This document shows, in pieces, positions 48,837-61,601 of a stretch of DNA of 64,000 nt. Every line of letters starts with the position of its first letter. Position 1 is the first letter of the stretch. Origin of the DNA: Phyllosticta citribraziliensis. Taxonomy: Eukaryota. A program made the translations under genes and the position numbers. Under the pieces are notes generated by a model that saw nothing but the letters and a program-made list of their open reading frames with translations, searched no databases and was not told the DNA's origin. The stretch lies in NCBI RefSeq assembly GCF_038025025.1, contig NW_027117346.1, positions 620,001 through 684,000 on the forward strand. The letters are read 5' to 3'.

Positions 48837-51800
48837 TTACAGGTACTCAAAGCGGCCAACACGAGGACCCGAAGGGCTGCGCAAAGTCGGAAGAGGCCAG
48901 AGAACAGCGACTCGAGGATTGGCCATTTGCAAAGATCGCGGGAGGTGGAATTTCTGCATGAGATTGCCCCATCAACAGAACGACACTGAATTTGAAAAAT
49001 GGAGGACACAATGGCACAGCGCCAGCATGGTTCAGCGCCAGCATGGTTCGAGAGCGCTGAAACTTACACAAACTTGGCCAACCTCACAAAAGCCTTCGAC
49101 TTGTCGCAACACAAGGAACATTCATACACGTCCGCCAGTCTGTCACCTTTGCTCCGGCACTCAATACTCGGTTACAACGGACGAGAATCTAGCTGGGAGA
49201 CGGCGGCAGCGTCATTTCTTATCGCCGGATGGATATTTGGGAAGTATGGGAAATAAAAGCTAGCGGATGACGGACAACGGACTATTTGCACGGGGAAGAA
49301 GAGAGATTCATTGATCATGGGTGGACTGGACTTGCAGCGGGAGGTAATTCAGAGACAGGGCTGGGAGCCATTTTGCTGGGACGACAAAATGCTACTTTGT
49401 CGAGCGGGCCATAAAAGATCGTGGTCATCTATCTGACACTGTTAACAAATTCAATCTCATCATTTTCCCATGTATTGTGTATGCGGCCTTGGTAGTCTTG
49501 GTCGGAATTGTGAGCCTACTTGTGAGCCAACCATTGACATGCCTGACAAGCTCAGAGTCAAACTCTATGCCAGGTTTTCAAGAGTTTCCACGGGAGGAGG
49601 CCATCCCTCCGTTCACAGTAGCAAGCAGCACTCAATCCAAACCTACCTTCCAGGCGGCTCAACCAAGCAATACCAAGCAAGTGCAAGCCCACCGTACCGT
49701 CGGCGTACTTCGAAGAGCCACCGCCCACCCTCCATTTCAGCCCTACACCACGGCCGAACCAACAAGGCAAGAGGGACAGGCCCCACGTGCGGACCGCCCT
49801 CCTGCCACCGCGACCAAGGGAACCCCCGCCAAAGGGGACCCCCCGACCCTTGGGCTCGGATTCGTTCCGATGGGAAACCAACCAAGTCATTGTTCACGTC
49901 AGACCCTCCGGCCGGGGCGTCCTCAGCGCGCGGCCGCGTTGGGACACCGTGGCCAGCCAGCCAGCCGGCCAGCGAGTGAACAGAGGAGAGAGCAGACAGA
50001 GCGCATGATGCGGGCGGGCGAGGGAGCGTGCGAGGGCGGCGGCGGGCGGCGGCGACTCGAGTCGAGTAGGTAATCGGCCTCGGCCTCTGCAGACGCGGGC
50101 GGGCTCTTGGCTGACGCCATGGCCAACTGACGAGCGAAGAAAAAAAAAAAAAAAAGCGAAAGAACCCAACTTCGGATTTTTGGATTGGAGCCCATGAGGC
50201 GTGAGGGGGAAGGTCATAGCGAACGGGGCGGGATTGATGATGAATGAGAAGTGGTGGTGCGCGCGGCGGGCTGCTCCCAGGGCAGGCCTGTGTTGTTGGG
50301 AGGGCGCGCCCTACCTGACGGACGACGGACCTTAGGTGGCTGCCTGCCTGCCTGCCTGCCTGGGACGGGCCGGCGCTGGCTGGGTGTGTTGCGTGGGTGT
50401 GGCGTCACACTTTACTTTTTTTGTTGGTGCTGTGGTGCCTCTGCAGTTTTCTCCGTTCGGAGGGTGATGCACTGAAGGCACGGAGAGTCTTGGCCCGGTC
50501 CGCTGATGTGTACTGTTAAGTAATATCCGTCCTGTGGCGATTCATGGAATGGGTTCAGCGTGTGGTGTCAACGAGTAGAGGCCCTTCTTGGCTCGGTAGT
50601 GGTTCGGGACTTGATTGATTCATGGCAGTGGTTTGCTTCGATTAAGCTTTTGTCGTGCGCGTCGTCGTAAGGGGAAAGGTTTGCGACGGTTGACGGACGG
50701 AGAGAGGGAGGGAGGGCGGGCGAGAAAGAACGAGGAGAGAGATGGGGAGAAGGAGACGTTGGATTCAGCGTCAGCGCCTGCTCTTCTGCCCTCAAACTGA
50801 CCTGCTTAATGTGATACTAGTTTGCATCTACAGTCAGGTTCCTTCATGCAGCAGAGAGGCGCCCAGATGCTCTTGGCAGCCATCCTTACCATAAACATGT
50901 CAGTACCGTCGGAACGGAGGATACGCGCGTTCCCGCTATCTTGATCTTACCTGATGGTTTCGCGCAAATCACGTCGGCACAGGTGTCCGCATCAACTTGT
51001 GCCAAGAGAAAGCCCCCTCGCGCAATCCCACTCTGTGCCGTCCTGAGCAACTCGTGATGCGTCGCCTTTGCTCGGTAGCCCGAGCCACATAGACCGCCTT
51101 GCCCAAAATAGAAGCAGGTTCGCTGCTTTCGGGCCGTTTTCCCATGCCCTCGAGGATGACGTGCCTGTTGTCGTAGTGTTTCGCCGACCGGAGCCTGGCC
51201 GATCCCGGTCGAGGGTGAACATGGGCACGAGCCAGGGCGACGCGAAAAGAGCAAGTGTGGTGCAAACGGCGGACACACGAGGAAGCCGGATTGGCCTCCC
51301 TGTTTCAAGGTTTGCGGTCGCTGCGTGCTTAGTAACGGGCGTGGGTGGGGACTGAGAAAAAAAAAAGGGGAGGGGGGGCGAGAGGGAAGCGAGGTGGGAG
51401 GCGAGGTGGTCAGCAACACCACGGTTTGCACTCGACGATGTGGGAGAACAAAGTTACTACAACAGGCAATTTTCTGGGCTCCAGAGATTCGCTGGCCCTG
51501 TCGAATCCCCCAGATCTGTCGTCCTGCCGACGAAACAAGCTCTACCAAGCTTTTCTGCGCGGGTGTGGAGGAGGCTGTGTAGCTAGCCGAGCAGCGGGAA
51601 GGCTGTGTAAACGTCTGTTCACCAGGGGACTCCGCAGCAAGGCGCAGGGCAGTGAGGCTGTGCCTGCCTGGGAATTGAGGCTCAGCCTGCGCTTGGACGC
51701 TGAGCCTCAACTCCAACGTCAACTGTTGCCAGAAACCATCAAGAATCAACTGAAGGTGACCACAAACTGTCTCCGGATGCCGCACACAACGGGTCGGTGA

Positions 51801-53081
51801 TTTCGGCCGCGTGACGAGGTCTGCGGCCTGTCGGACCGTCTTGCCGTTTCTCAGAGGCACTGGCCGGCTGCCCTCCCCGCCAAAACGCCGCCGATTGTCT
51901 CGTCAACAGCTGATGCGCTTACGACGGGCTGCTGGCATTGCCAACACCTTTTCCGCGCCTGGCGACATGACCCGGACTCCAATGGCTCGACTGGCTCCGA
52001 CCTGTCCGCCTGTCGTCGTCACCGGGTAGCCTTTGGCCACCCTACCACAAGGCATTCCTTTGCTTCCGGCTTCCGGTCCGCGACTATTCCTGCACCGTGG
52101 TGTCCCAGGAGATGAAAGATAGAGAGACAGACCCACTTCCTGACTGGCACCGCTGATTTGAGTCGCTTTGATTTGTCCACGCGGCTATCTGGACTCCACC
52201 TCGACGTAGGCGATGTTGCAAGTAGCGAATGAGATGTCGTACTCTCAGGTCGGCCAAGAGATTGCCAAGAGGACTTGAGGGTGTTTAAAAGGTCAACACG
52301 GCAGTATTAAAGCAAAGAGGAGTGGAATGTCGTTGTGAAGGGTAATTTTCTGGTTTCTATTCTTCTTCTACGCAGACCGGAGAACACTAGTGCAAAGAGA
52401 CCGAAAAATGGAGCCAGCAAAGGCATTTTCGCATCCTAAGATCTTTGAATTCTTTTAGTCACCGAATGCGCTCGCTGAGTCCGGGCTCCGCGGAGCGTGC
52501 CCCGAGCTGGATCAGATCACGGGCAGTTGAAAGGCGGTCTTGCGTTTCCATCTTTCAGGCTTCTTTCGAATAGATTGCTAATTCTGTCATCCAGACACCA
52601 GCATTTCCACATGTCTGTCGCCGGGTAATGTGCCCTATTGAGAGGGGGCACCGGGCTGGTTCATCTCCATCCGAGTCGAGAAGTTGTGACCGATGTGATC
52701 CTTCGAAGGCGTTATCGGAAAATCTCTCGCTTCGACTCTCCGGACCAGACTCCAGAGATCCAGAATCCGTTGAGTCGACGATAAGGCTTCTTTCTTCTCT
52801 GCAGTACGACTGTTTCCACGACCATTGGTCAGGCATATTTCCTGAAGACTCATTTGTCATATGACTGTGATATTCATCATGATGCAAATCCAAGCCGGAA
52901 CCGACGTTGTCAGAATTCTTTCGCTGTCATTGTCCACGTTGCTATCGGCCCCGAGGCCAGGAAATTGGTGAAAAGAGGGGACAGGGTATGTCTCCGCACG
53001 GATAGTTCCCAGCGGTGAGCCTCCGACCGCCGATTGTGAGGGTTAGGGCTCGTCTTTTCCACGAGGACCCAGCGCAATTGA

Positions 53082-54821
53082 TCAGGCAAGCTGCAGGTCC
53101 ATGCCCATGGCCATCATTATGGCACGACGACATTCGGTCGAAGTGTCCCCTGTCAGGTCTCTGTGCTCCCAAATCTTTTGAATGACCTCGGCCATTTGGT
53201 TGAGGACCCCAACACCAAGCCTCACGCCCTTGGTAAAGAGGAACAACGCACGCCTCCGTAATTCCTCGCCTTCTGCTTCGCAAGCCGTTATCCAGATTGG
53301 CCAAGACACACCACACGTTTGCAGCTTCTCTTCAATGGCATACACGGCCTCCAAATGTTGTGCTGATGCAAGAACCCAATGCTGGACTTCAGAAGCTGGT
53401 AATTTTCTGAACTCTCGGTTGAGATTGATGTGACAGGCGTAATAGAAGGACATGCTGTGGTGCGTGAGCAGCAGTTTCTCCATGCCCTGCCAGGCTTGGA
53501 TACCAGCAACCTCATCTTTGGCGCATTCGATCATGGCCTCGACCTCTTGCAATTCGTGTTCCGTTGTTGGGGTTTCGCGATCCCGCAGAATGTGCATCAT
53601 CCGCAGGGACTCGAAGAGCGCTCTGGGAACACCGAACATTGCGTCCATTCGATAGTCGATCTCCGCCGGGAGTGGTGAGCCACAGTCGAGCAGATTGATG
53701 TGCGAGTCGTGGTTCGCGTCGATGAGGCGTCTCGAGTCCTGAGAGAAGTTGAGCAACTCGACGCAGCGGAACATTTGGTAGAGGATGGCAGCCGAGCCAG
53801 AGCTTCCCCAGCCCGGGCCTTGAGCGCGCAGCCAGCTGCGAGCGCCATGCATATGGACTCGCCAGTCTGTGGGGTGACCAACTATCCAGCCAATGGCGCC
53901 TAATAAGAGTATTGTTGCAAAGACTGACTCCGAGTCCAACCGAATATCTTGCAGGCTCTGCCTGAGGTTCCCGAGACACTTGCCGTAGTGCCTGACGGCT
54001 AAGCGCGAATAATTATCTATGAGAGACTGTTCTGAGGCCTGCTCAGCAACATGGTAGGCCGATATGGCATATATTCCATGCAGAAGGGCCGCGTGGCCAG
54101 GCCGGCTGGTGAGCACCTCGCCGGGCTGCAGGACAAGCGGAATGCAAACATTCTGAAAGGGGTTGTCGGTCGATGTGATCGGGACAAGCATCCTGGCCAG
54201 ATTGGAAGTGTAGTGGTGGAACAAGGAGCGTTCGGACTCGTTGGCGAAGAGCATTGCTGGGTTGATCTCCATCGGGAGACTGGGAGCGTATTCGTATCGA
54301 CGAGGGTCGTAAGCGCCAACGTTGAAGTAAAAGCTTGAGTCTTCGATGGGGGGAGGACCATGGCGGTGAACATGTCGGAAAGGGAATTGAGCGGTCGTTG
54401 AGAGGACAGAAAGGTCGAGGGCTGTCGGTTGATGGTCGTAGTCGGAGCGGACCAGCATCTGGATATCGTCGTCCTCGTGGGTCGATCCAGGGACGGAGAA
54501 GACGCCAAAGGGACCAATGATGGACTCGCAGGGCGATTCGAGGGTCTCGAGCCTTGCCAGAGCGTCGTCGAGAAAGTCGTCTGGGTATATTGGGTTCTGA
54601 CGGTCGGCCTCGCTGATTAAGCGCCGAGTGGGATAGGCAACATTGGGAAGGGTGTCGTTGGCATCGAGCCATACAAGGCGCAGGCCATAGCCTTTGCACT
54701 CACGGCCGCTTTTGGAGCACCTCTCGCAGGTGGGTTTGGCGAGGTCGCACTTGACACCGCGCTCTCGACATGTCCAGCAGCCGTTGAAGGTCTTTGTGCG
54801 TTTCTTGTGGGTGCGCACCAT
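53082..54821 (-). CDS. Zn(II)2Cys6 transcription factor, Arg81/ArgRII-like cluster with fungal-specific TF C-terminal domain
   Basis: ATG at 54821. KTFNGCWTCRERGVKCDLAKPTCERCSKSGRECKGY is a six-Cys cluster. The C-terminal region (LFHHY...DNPF...ALLHGIYAISAYH...WRVHMHGA...WPIWITACEA) fits Fungal_trans_2-type domains. Intronless. Confidence 0.92.
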   Translation of the reverse strand: MVRTHKKRTKTFNGCWTCRERGVKCDLAKPTCERCSKSGRECKGYGLRLVWLDANDTLPNVAYPTRRLISEADRQNPIYPDDFLDDALARLETLESPCESIIGPFGVFSVPGSTHEDDDIQMLVRSDYDHQPTALDLSVLSTTAQFPFRHVHRHGPPPIEDSSFYFNVGAYDPRRYEYAPSLPMEINPAMLFANESERSLFHHYTSNLARMLVPITSTDNPFQNVCIPLVLQPGEVLTSRPGHAALLHGIYAISAYHVAEQASEQSLIDNYSRLAVRHYGKCLGNLRQSLQDIRLDSESVFATILLLGAIGWIVGHPTDWRVHMHGARSWLRAQGPGWGSSGSAAILYQMFRCVELLNFSQDSRRLIDANHDSHINLLDCGSPLPAEIDYRMDAMFGVPRALFESLRMMHILRDRETPTTEHELQEVEAMIECAKDEVAGIQAWQGMEKLLLTHHSMSFYYACHINLNREFRKLPASEVQHWVLASAQHLEAVYAIEEKLQTCGVSWPIWITACEAEGEELRRRALFLFTKGVRLGVGVLNQMAEVIQKIWEHRDLTGDTSTECRRAIMMAMGMDLQLA

Positions 54822-57800
54822 GGTCCAGCCAGGCGATGTCAGCGGCACGGGGGGAGGAGGAGGGGCGGGGAAGCGGAATCGAGGTGGAAACGAACGGTAG
54901 GGCTGCTAGGGCTGGCATGGCTGTCATCCATGACGGGTCTGGAGTGATAATGTAGTCGTGGAGTTGCAGTAGTTGCGTTGCCGTGATTAATGTCCAGTCC
55001 AGCGGGTGGGCCGGCGAACGGGAAGAGCGGCAGCACACTCAAGACGGGCACTGCGCTGCCCGCCAGGGAGCGCCCAAGGGCATCCAACACCATCAAACGG
55101 CTTCGACGCTCAACGGACGTCCACTTGGCTTGCCGCCGGCCACAAAACCTTTCACCCCTCTATCAAATCGGTACCAAAATAGAAGGGCCCCGACGTTTCT
55201 CCCACCACCGTCCCCCCCACCTCACCGCAATCCGCTGCCTCGACGCTTTCGGATCCAACAAGCCGGACCACGGGGCCTTCAGAGCCTCTTTCTTGCAGCG
55301 CGGTTCGGTCCGCCGGCCTGGTTGGCAGCATGGCTACTGTACCTTTGTCGGCGTTGCCGTAACACGAGCCAACCCCGTCTCTGCCTCACAAGGAACACTC
55401 CCTGCCTCCTGCTTGCTTGATCGCGGAAGATGCCAAAGCCCTAAGGCTTGCCACCGCTTCTAGAAGCATATCAAATCGAGACCCAAAACTATGTCAACCG
55501 ACATGACGCACCTGCCAGAGGCTTCTCGTGCGCCCAGAAAGCCCTCCCAAGTTTTGTCCTGACTCCCCAGCTGGCCGGTTGCAATCCAGCCAAGGCGGTC
55601 ACCCCGAGCTCTCCACGTCACCGCGCAGTTGATCCTCCGCATCAGCCGCCCCTCTTTGCCCTGGAAGTCTCAATGTAGGTACAAGCTCAACAAGCGGATT
55701 CCACGCCATTGAAAGCTTGACGGGCCCGGCTTGCGGTCTCTGGGTTTGACTGACTCAAACGACGCCAAAAGACTGGCAATCTTTTCCCTAATCTCTGGCA
55801 ATCGGCCTCTGGAAAACCTCACCACGACAGCACTTGTGACGACTCCCCGCTCCACTCGTTCGATGAGTACTTGGTCGGTTCCACACTGCCCAGAGACGTG
55901 TTTCTAAATGGATTCTTGGCCGCATCCCCGTATGCAACCAAGAGCGATGAGATGTACCAGTGAGGATGGAAATTTGTCGGGGCACGGACGGCTTGGGGCT
56001 TATGGTGGCCATCGCATGCTGAGTGTGATGAGGGCGCCAAAGACCAGGCTGAAGTCGCAAGCCCCGGTGGAGTCAGTCAAAGTCCCTGCGCCGCCGGGGC
56101 TGGGTGCTTCATCACCAGCCACCCACTCTGCCAAAAGGCGAGATCCTTGGCACCCCCGTCGGCCTTACTGTCGTCGTTGATCTCCAGGTCCGTGATCCTT
56201 GGCGTGTTGATGTACCCGTCCTGACCAGGTTCACAATTTGCTTGGCAGTGACCGGAAAGGGCTGACTGCCCTCGGGTGGAGTAGGAAGCCCCCGCTGTCC
56301 GCATTATATCCGTGCGTGAAGGTCCACCTAGTGTACCCGATGGCCATTATCGACCACTGACTGCGTATGCATGGCCATTCCAAAGAACGTGACCAGCTCT
56401 GCTGCCAAGATTACTATCAGAAGCCACCGGGGTTCGCGGAAGAAGACAGCAGTATTCCCGTCGTCCCTTGTTTGGACCCGTCCTATTGACGTGCAGCATG
56501 GGCCACAAGCAAAGAGCCGCTTGGAAACGCAAGGCCAAATCAGCGCTCTTGTGTTAGGCGAGGACACTCACTTCTAGTGGGCTGGCATTCTTCTCATTGG
56601 TCCAATTCACTCAAACCGGCGGCATTGAAGCGCGAATCAGTCTGGTGGGCCACAGGAAGACCACAGGATTTTGTTTTCCTCGTTACAAGGCCGAATCGTT
56701 CCGCCGGAGACGGTCCCACATTCTTTGGAACGGTCACTGCATCTAGAACGGAGAGCGTTCCTCCGAAGTGTGGGTTTGAGCAAGATCTGGAGGTACCCAA
56801 GTGTTGACTGAGCTGTCATGGCGCAACGCGTACTAGAAAAAATCGCCACAGTGGCCCAAACTTCGAACCAATGGACAGTCGAGAACCGTTTATTCCACCT
56901 TTAAGGCACAGGAGCTTTCTCCTTCTGCGAATCGCTGAAAGAGACAAGAGATCCCTGTCTTTCTCGAAGTTAAACGGCACCATTGGCCAACTTACTCGCC
57001 AAGTGACAGTAAGCATGAAAGCATGGAATCAAAGCTTCACGCAGACACTCGTGACCTCCTTCTTGCCAAGGTAACTCCTTACTCAAACGGTCAAGTACTT
57101 CCTCCACATTCTTGGGGGAAAAGCCCCATGAAGCGGTTACAAGATGCTCTGGGAAGGCTTGTGGCTGGACAAGCGGAGCAAGGCGCATGTTAGAGGCTGT
57201 ACAGCGACTGTTGCGCAAGTGGCATGGCGGCTGCGCCCTGGCGGCTGCAAGTTCCGGCGTGATCAAAGGCCTGGCTGTGCACGAGATGAATCCACGCTCC
57301 ATGCCTGCCGACTTTGAATGACCGTCAACGTGGCACAGTCGACAGCAAGGACTTTTAGCTGTGGAGCGCGGGCAGTTGGCTTTTGCAATACGAAGCCCTG
57401 TACAGAATCTGCCGTACTCCGATGTGTATCTTTCGGCCGAGCAAAGTCCAACTCAAGGGTTGCGATGTGTTGCTTGGATCGGACTTGCTTGAGCAAGCAC
57501 GGCCCCTTCGCTGCCCCCTCGGTCAAGTCACAGGGTGGTACGCATGGCGCGACTGACGAACCAAAGACTTGTTGACGGTCAGTCTGCCTGTTGATTGAAG
57601 TCACAGATCCGACGGCACCATCCAAGATCCAGCTTTCCGAGAACAGCCATCATGGAGCCATCTTGGCCGCTCAGGTTTTGCTTTCGTCCAAGTAAGTGTT
57701 GTCTGGAAGCAGGGACTGACGCAGTCCGCTCATCGCGACAGACAGGTGGCATTCCTCGAACCCTACCGTTCCTCCCTCGTGGCAAACTTCAACGACGCGC

Positions 57801-58880
57801 GGCCAGCAATCACAAGCAGAAGATAATCAGCTTCTACGATTTGATCTTCACGAGGGACAGAACATCAAGTGGTGACTGAAGGGCATGGCACGGACGAACC
57901 CCACCGGTAGCCAACTCCAAAGTTGTCCCCTGAACCGACTATCTCCGAGAGCTATACATAGCATGGCACGCTCCAAGTCCCCTCCACGTCGGCGGAACGG
58001 CCAACGGCAAGCACTGATGCTCGAGGGAGTTGGTCAAAGCCGGAGAACAAGGCGAACCGTACGCTGTCGTGCTCGGGCAGAGGCGGCTAAGCGCTCGTGG
58101 TCAGCGGAATCGGACGCTACCAGGACTTCAAGTCGAACTTCAGAAATAGAGATCACCCACGCCATCACCAATGGCTCGCACTGTGTCGCCATGCTGTAAG
58201 CCTCCACTTGTTCTTACCCTATACACGCTCAACCAAGGCTTAGCTGACTCGTGGAAACACCAGGACCACTTGGATCCCGAGGCTCTTTCGAACTTGAGAA
58301 TCCGTATGGAGTCTCCGCAGATCTACTTTTCCATCCCCTGATCGCTCGCCCCTGGCTCTTTGGCTACCAGCGCGCGTTTGAGCCCAACAACGACACCGAG
58401 TCAGACGCGAAACAAAACCTCGCCGTTTCAGCCCCGATGACACTTTGGGTTCGTGTCAGAAATGGCTGGCAAGATGGGAACTCTGGACAAGTTCGCCAAA
58501 GAAGAACGAGGGCAAGTTCACGGGCGAGGCATCTCTTCCGAGCAGCCAAGGCGCAATGCCAGAGCGGAGAAGGAAGTGACAAATTCGAGACAAGATGGCT
58601 TGCTTGGTCAGTGGAAGAGCCAAGGTGCCTCATTGCCTTTTCCGGCAGAGGAGCAGCGAGAATCAAAGGCAACATCAGACGAAGGTCGCAAGCAGTACGT
58701 GCAATTCACTACACCAAGAGTACAATGAACTTCCGGATGTATTTGTCAAGTCTACCATGCTGAAGAGATTGTTCCAGACAATGAACATTGTATGCAAGCG
58801 TTTTGGGCTGAGAAAGACTAAATTGGGCCAATCTGCTGGTTTCGTACTGTTGATGAATGACCGGAATGTCCCATGTGCGC

Positions 58881-60332
58881 CTACCATCCACTGCGCACGA
58901 CACCAAACTTTTCTTCGTCGTAGTATTCCTCCTCGAAGTCTTCCTCCTCGTAGTACTCCTCCTCGGTGTACTCCTCCTCGGTGTACTCCTCCTCGATGTT
59001 TCCCTCCTCGAGTTTTCCCTCATCGCCGGATTCGTCGTCGCTGGATTCGTCGTCGCTGGACTCGTCGTCGCTGGATTCGTCGTCGCTGGACTCGTCGTCG
59101 CTGTACTCGTCGTCGCTGTATTCGATCTCGTCGTCGGACCATACGCCCTTGTTGTTTATCACGTCAAGGGATCCCTCTGGCCACCATCCTTCGCGGTACA
59201 GTCTCTCGCGCCACGATTCCTCGCGTTCAATTGGGGCGTCCTCGGTCTGAATTAGCCATTCTGGCTCGTCCGGTGCCTCCATGACACCCAGATCGCGAGT
59301 GATTCCGAGACTGATGATGCCCTCAGTGACGTCGATGAAGAGTTTGGTATTGCATCCTGGTTGCGTGCAATATGCAGTGGTTTTTTTCGGAAGGATGGCC
59401 TGGAGCTCGTCGGAGATCTCTTTGCCTCCTTTTTCGTCCGCAAATTTGAACTTGAGACTGCTGACATTCGGGAATGTGTCCTTGGTCGTGACCGTGTGGG
59501 GGCAGACTTGTCGCTGCCATTGTCCGAGTCTATCCGCAACGAGCTTGCCTTCGGTGACCCAGCCTGGATAGATTTTCGCGAGGAGCCGATATTTGGTGAT
59601 TTGGACGGTCTTGCTTTCGTCGATTGCGCTGCCGGTGTTGGGAGGACATGGGTCCTTCTGACGCGTCCTCCTGAACCTGAAAAGCTTGCCTTCACTGCCT
59701 TCGTCCGAGCATTTCTGGCAGTGAAAACGGTCGTTCGTGACCCCGTCGTCGTCGCCTTGCAGATTGTCGGAGGGAGGGATTCGAGCCACGGCGTCCCAAG
59801 TGTAGGTCGTGTGTTCGCAGGGCTTAAATATTCTTGCTCTTCCTCGACATTTCCGCAGCTTTGGTGGGTTCAGGAGCTGTGTGCTGGTGAAATATCTAAT
59901 ATGGTGTAGCCTACTGCAGGCCCCGCAAGCTCTAAGTGGATCGTCGAGTCCGCTGGTTCTTTCATGCTTGATGCAGACGGCCAGCTTATCGCGGTCTTGC
60001 AAATGACGAAACTTCGAACGAGAGGCCTCGTCTGCCTTTTTGGTGATGGGAAAGAGAATGCCCTGGAAGTCCCGGCATGTCGCTGAGAGGGACAGGGTGG
60101 ATTCCGTGGGCATGTTCTTTCCGACCCGGTAAAAAAGCTCCGCTGGAAGATCACCTAGTCGAAACTTTTTGCCATCATTCCGAAGATGCAACTTTTGAAG
60201 TCTCTTCGTGACCTCGGTGATCTGGTCAACTGTTTCGTCAAGCTTCGATTTCAAGAACTCTTTCGTCATGTCGGCGGGCATTTTGTTGGTGTTGCAAGGG
60301 TGAGGTGACTCGTGGAATCCCGTGGCAACCAT
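58881..60332 (-). CDS. F-box-like + Cys/His-rich domain protein, paralogue 3, with acidic repeat tail
   Basis: First ATG at 60332 (alternative 60281). LGDLPAELFYRVGKNMPTESTLSLSATCRDFQGIL; RACGACSRLH...FTSTQL...RKCRG, CEH, CQKC, CPHTVT, CTQPGC, RDLGVMEAPDEPEWLIQ; Asp/Glu-rich C-terminus. Confidence 0.85.
   Translation of the reverse strand: MVATGFHESPHPCNTNKMPADMTKEFLKSKLDETVDQITEVTKRLQKLHLRNDGKKFRLGDLPAELFYRVGKNMPTESTLSLSATCRDFQGILFPITKKADEASRSKFRHLQDRDKLAVCIKHERTSGLDDPLRACGACSRLHHIRYFTSTQLLNPPKLRKCRGRARIFKPCEHTTYTWDAVARIPPSDNLQGDDDGVTNDRFHCQKCSDEGSEGKLFRFRRTRQKDPCPPNTGSAIDESKTVQITKYRLLAKIYPGWVTEGKLVADRLGQWQRQVCPHTVTTKDTFPNVSSLKFKFADEKGGKEISDELQAILPKKTTAYCTQPGCNTKLFIDVTEGIISLGITRDLGVMEAPDEPEWLIQTEDAPIEREESWRERLYREGWWPEGSLDVINNKGVWSDDEIEYSDDEYSDDESSDDESSDDESSDDESSDDESGDEGKLEEGNIEEEYTEEEYTEEEYYEEEDFEEEYYDEEKFGVVRSGW
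58911..59137 (-). repeat. 15-bp tandem repeats encoding SDDE(S/Y) and EEEY(T/Y)
   Basis: Plus-strand units ctggaYtcgtcgtcg and tcctcctcggtgtac; SDDE occurs seven times in the protein. Confidence 0.9.
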
Positions 60333-61601
60333 TTTGTGTGGTAGGCTTGACCGAACTTTCCGGAAAGGGAGTGAGATCAAGATTCCCAGGTGAGAAACAG
60401 GAGGCCTGGATTCTCGTCAGCCTTCAATCGACTTGATAAAGAGGGGACCTTGTAGATGTAGTTCTTTGAGCAAGAGACAGACAATGATCATACCTTTGAG
60501 TTGTTGGAATACGTGGAGTGTTCGTTTGAGACCAAAAGTGTCTTTTGTTCAAGTTGAGGTGGGTACCAGATTGAGATGCGCTGAGGTGAAGAGCGGACAG
60601 AAGCGGGAGCGGAGGAGCGTAGAGCTTTATACCCGAGCTGCTTTGCCAGATCAATTCACAGTCAGCGGATCTTTACATTGGTACAGGGACATTTGATGCC
60701 TGGTACAGGGTGTGAAGACCCTTTGCCATTATTTTTGGTTGGCTGCATTGCAACCAGGGAAAAGGGGCGACAGATTACGTTGTTGTCGTTGAGTTGCCGC
60801 AACCATGGATTGCAATCGGTCGCATTGCGCACCACTTGACCAGGGGATTGCGTTGCGTGTTCTTGAGCAGCACAACCGTGGTTTGCACATGCGCTCATGG
60901 CTTGCTATGATCTGATGATTGTCGTCCGCACGTTGTCCAGGGAGTGGTCGACTGAACCTACTAGTCACAACCCGAAGTTGGGATGTCGTTGAGAGTTGTA
61001 CTGTACATTTTCTGCGCCATCACACTTTTATTCAAGTATACCATTTCTCTGAGCCGTCGGCCCAACTGCGTAAATCAAAAGCCTTAAGGTGTGATACGTC
61101 AGAGATGGATTCGGAAACATCGTCTTGTGTCCTCAACAAAAATTTTGAATATAAGAGGAGGAGGAGCAAAGCAATAAGTAGATGACTTAGGAGTGGACTA
61201 GGCGTGAAAAACTGCTTTTAAGCAATCAGCACAACTCGGCAACGTAAACCTCTATTAGAGGTATGTGATTAGTTGATTGCCCAAACCAGCAGGTGCCGGA
61301 TCGATTGAATTGCGCTGCGTTGAGCGACTCGATTGCGCAACTTGCGCAACGGGTTGAGTTGTTGACCGCACTGATACTCAGGGGCAACCACCAAGTAGTG
61401 GGAGGAAGACGAAAATCAGACAGCAAGATAGATCAACTCGAGCCTCCGTCGAAGCTTGTGGTTGAATGATGTCAATCGACAAATCGCCGTCTTTGTTGCG
61501 TTCTCAAGCGCAAAGTGCAACCATCCGTTCTCAGCAGAATGCTCCCGAGATCCCCTGCTTTCGGCTCCGCTCTCGGCTCCCCTGGTTTTCAGAAGTCAGG
61601 A

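Noticed and set aside
49477..50073. ORF with a signal-peptide-like start (MYAALVVLVGIVSLLV...)
   Set aside because: Begins at GTG, has low-complexity content and overlaps equally long ORFs in other frames; not supportable as an effector.
50886..51860. 324-aa minus-strand ORF
   Set aside because: Non-ATG start, runs through homopolymer tracts, no domain features or codon bias.
58911..59137. Regular short repeats as a possible CRISPR array
   Set aside because: Eukaryotic context, no unique spacers, and the repeats are in-frame coding units.
58595..59284. Plus-strand Arg-rich (RRWIRRRWTRRR) and hydrophobic (VVAGFVVAG) ORFs that look like toxin or membrane peptides
   Set aside because: Fully explained as antisense readings of the 15-bp acidic repeat in F-box paralogue 3; both begin at weak or non-ATG starts or lack other support.
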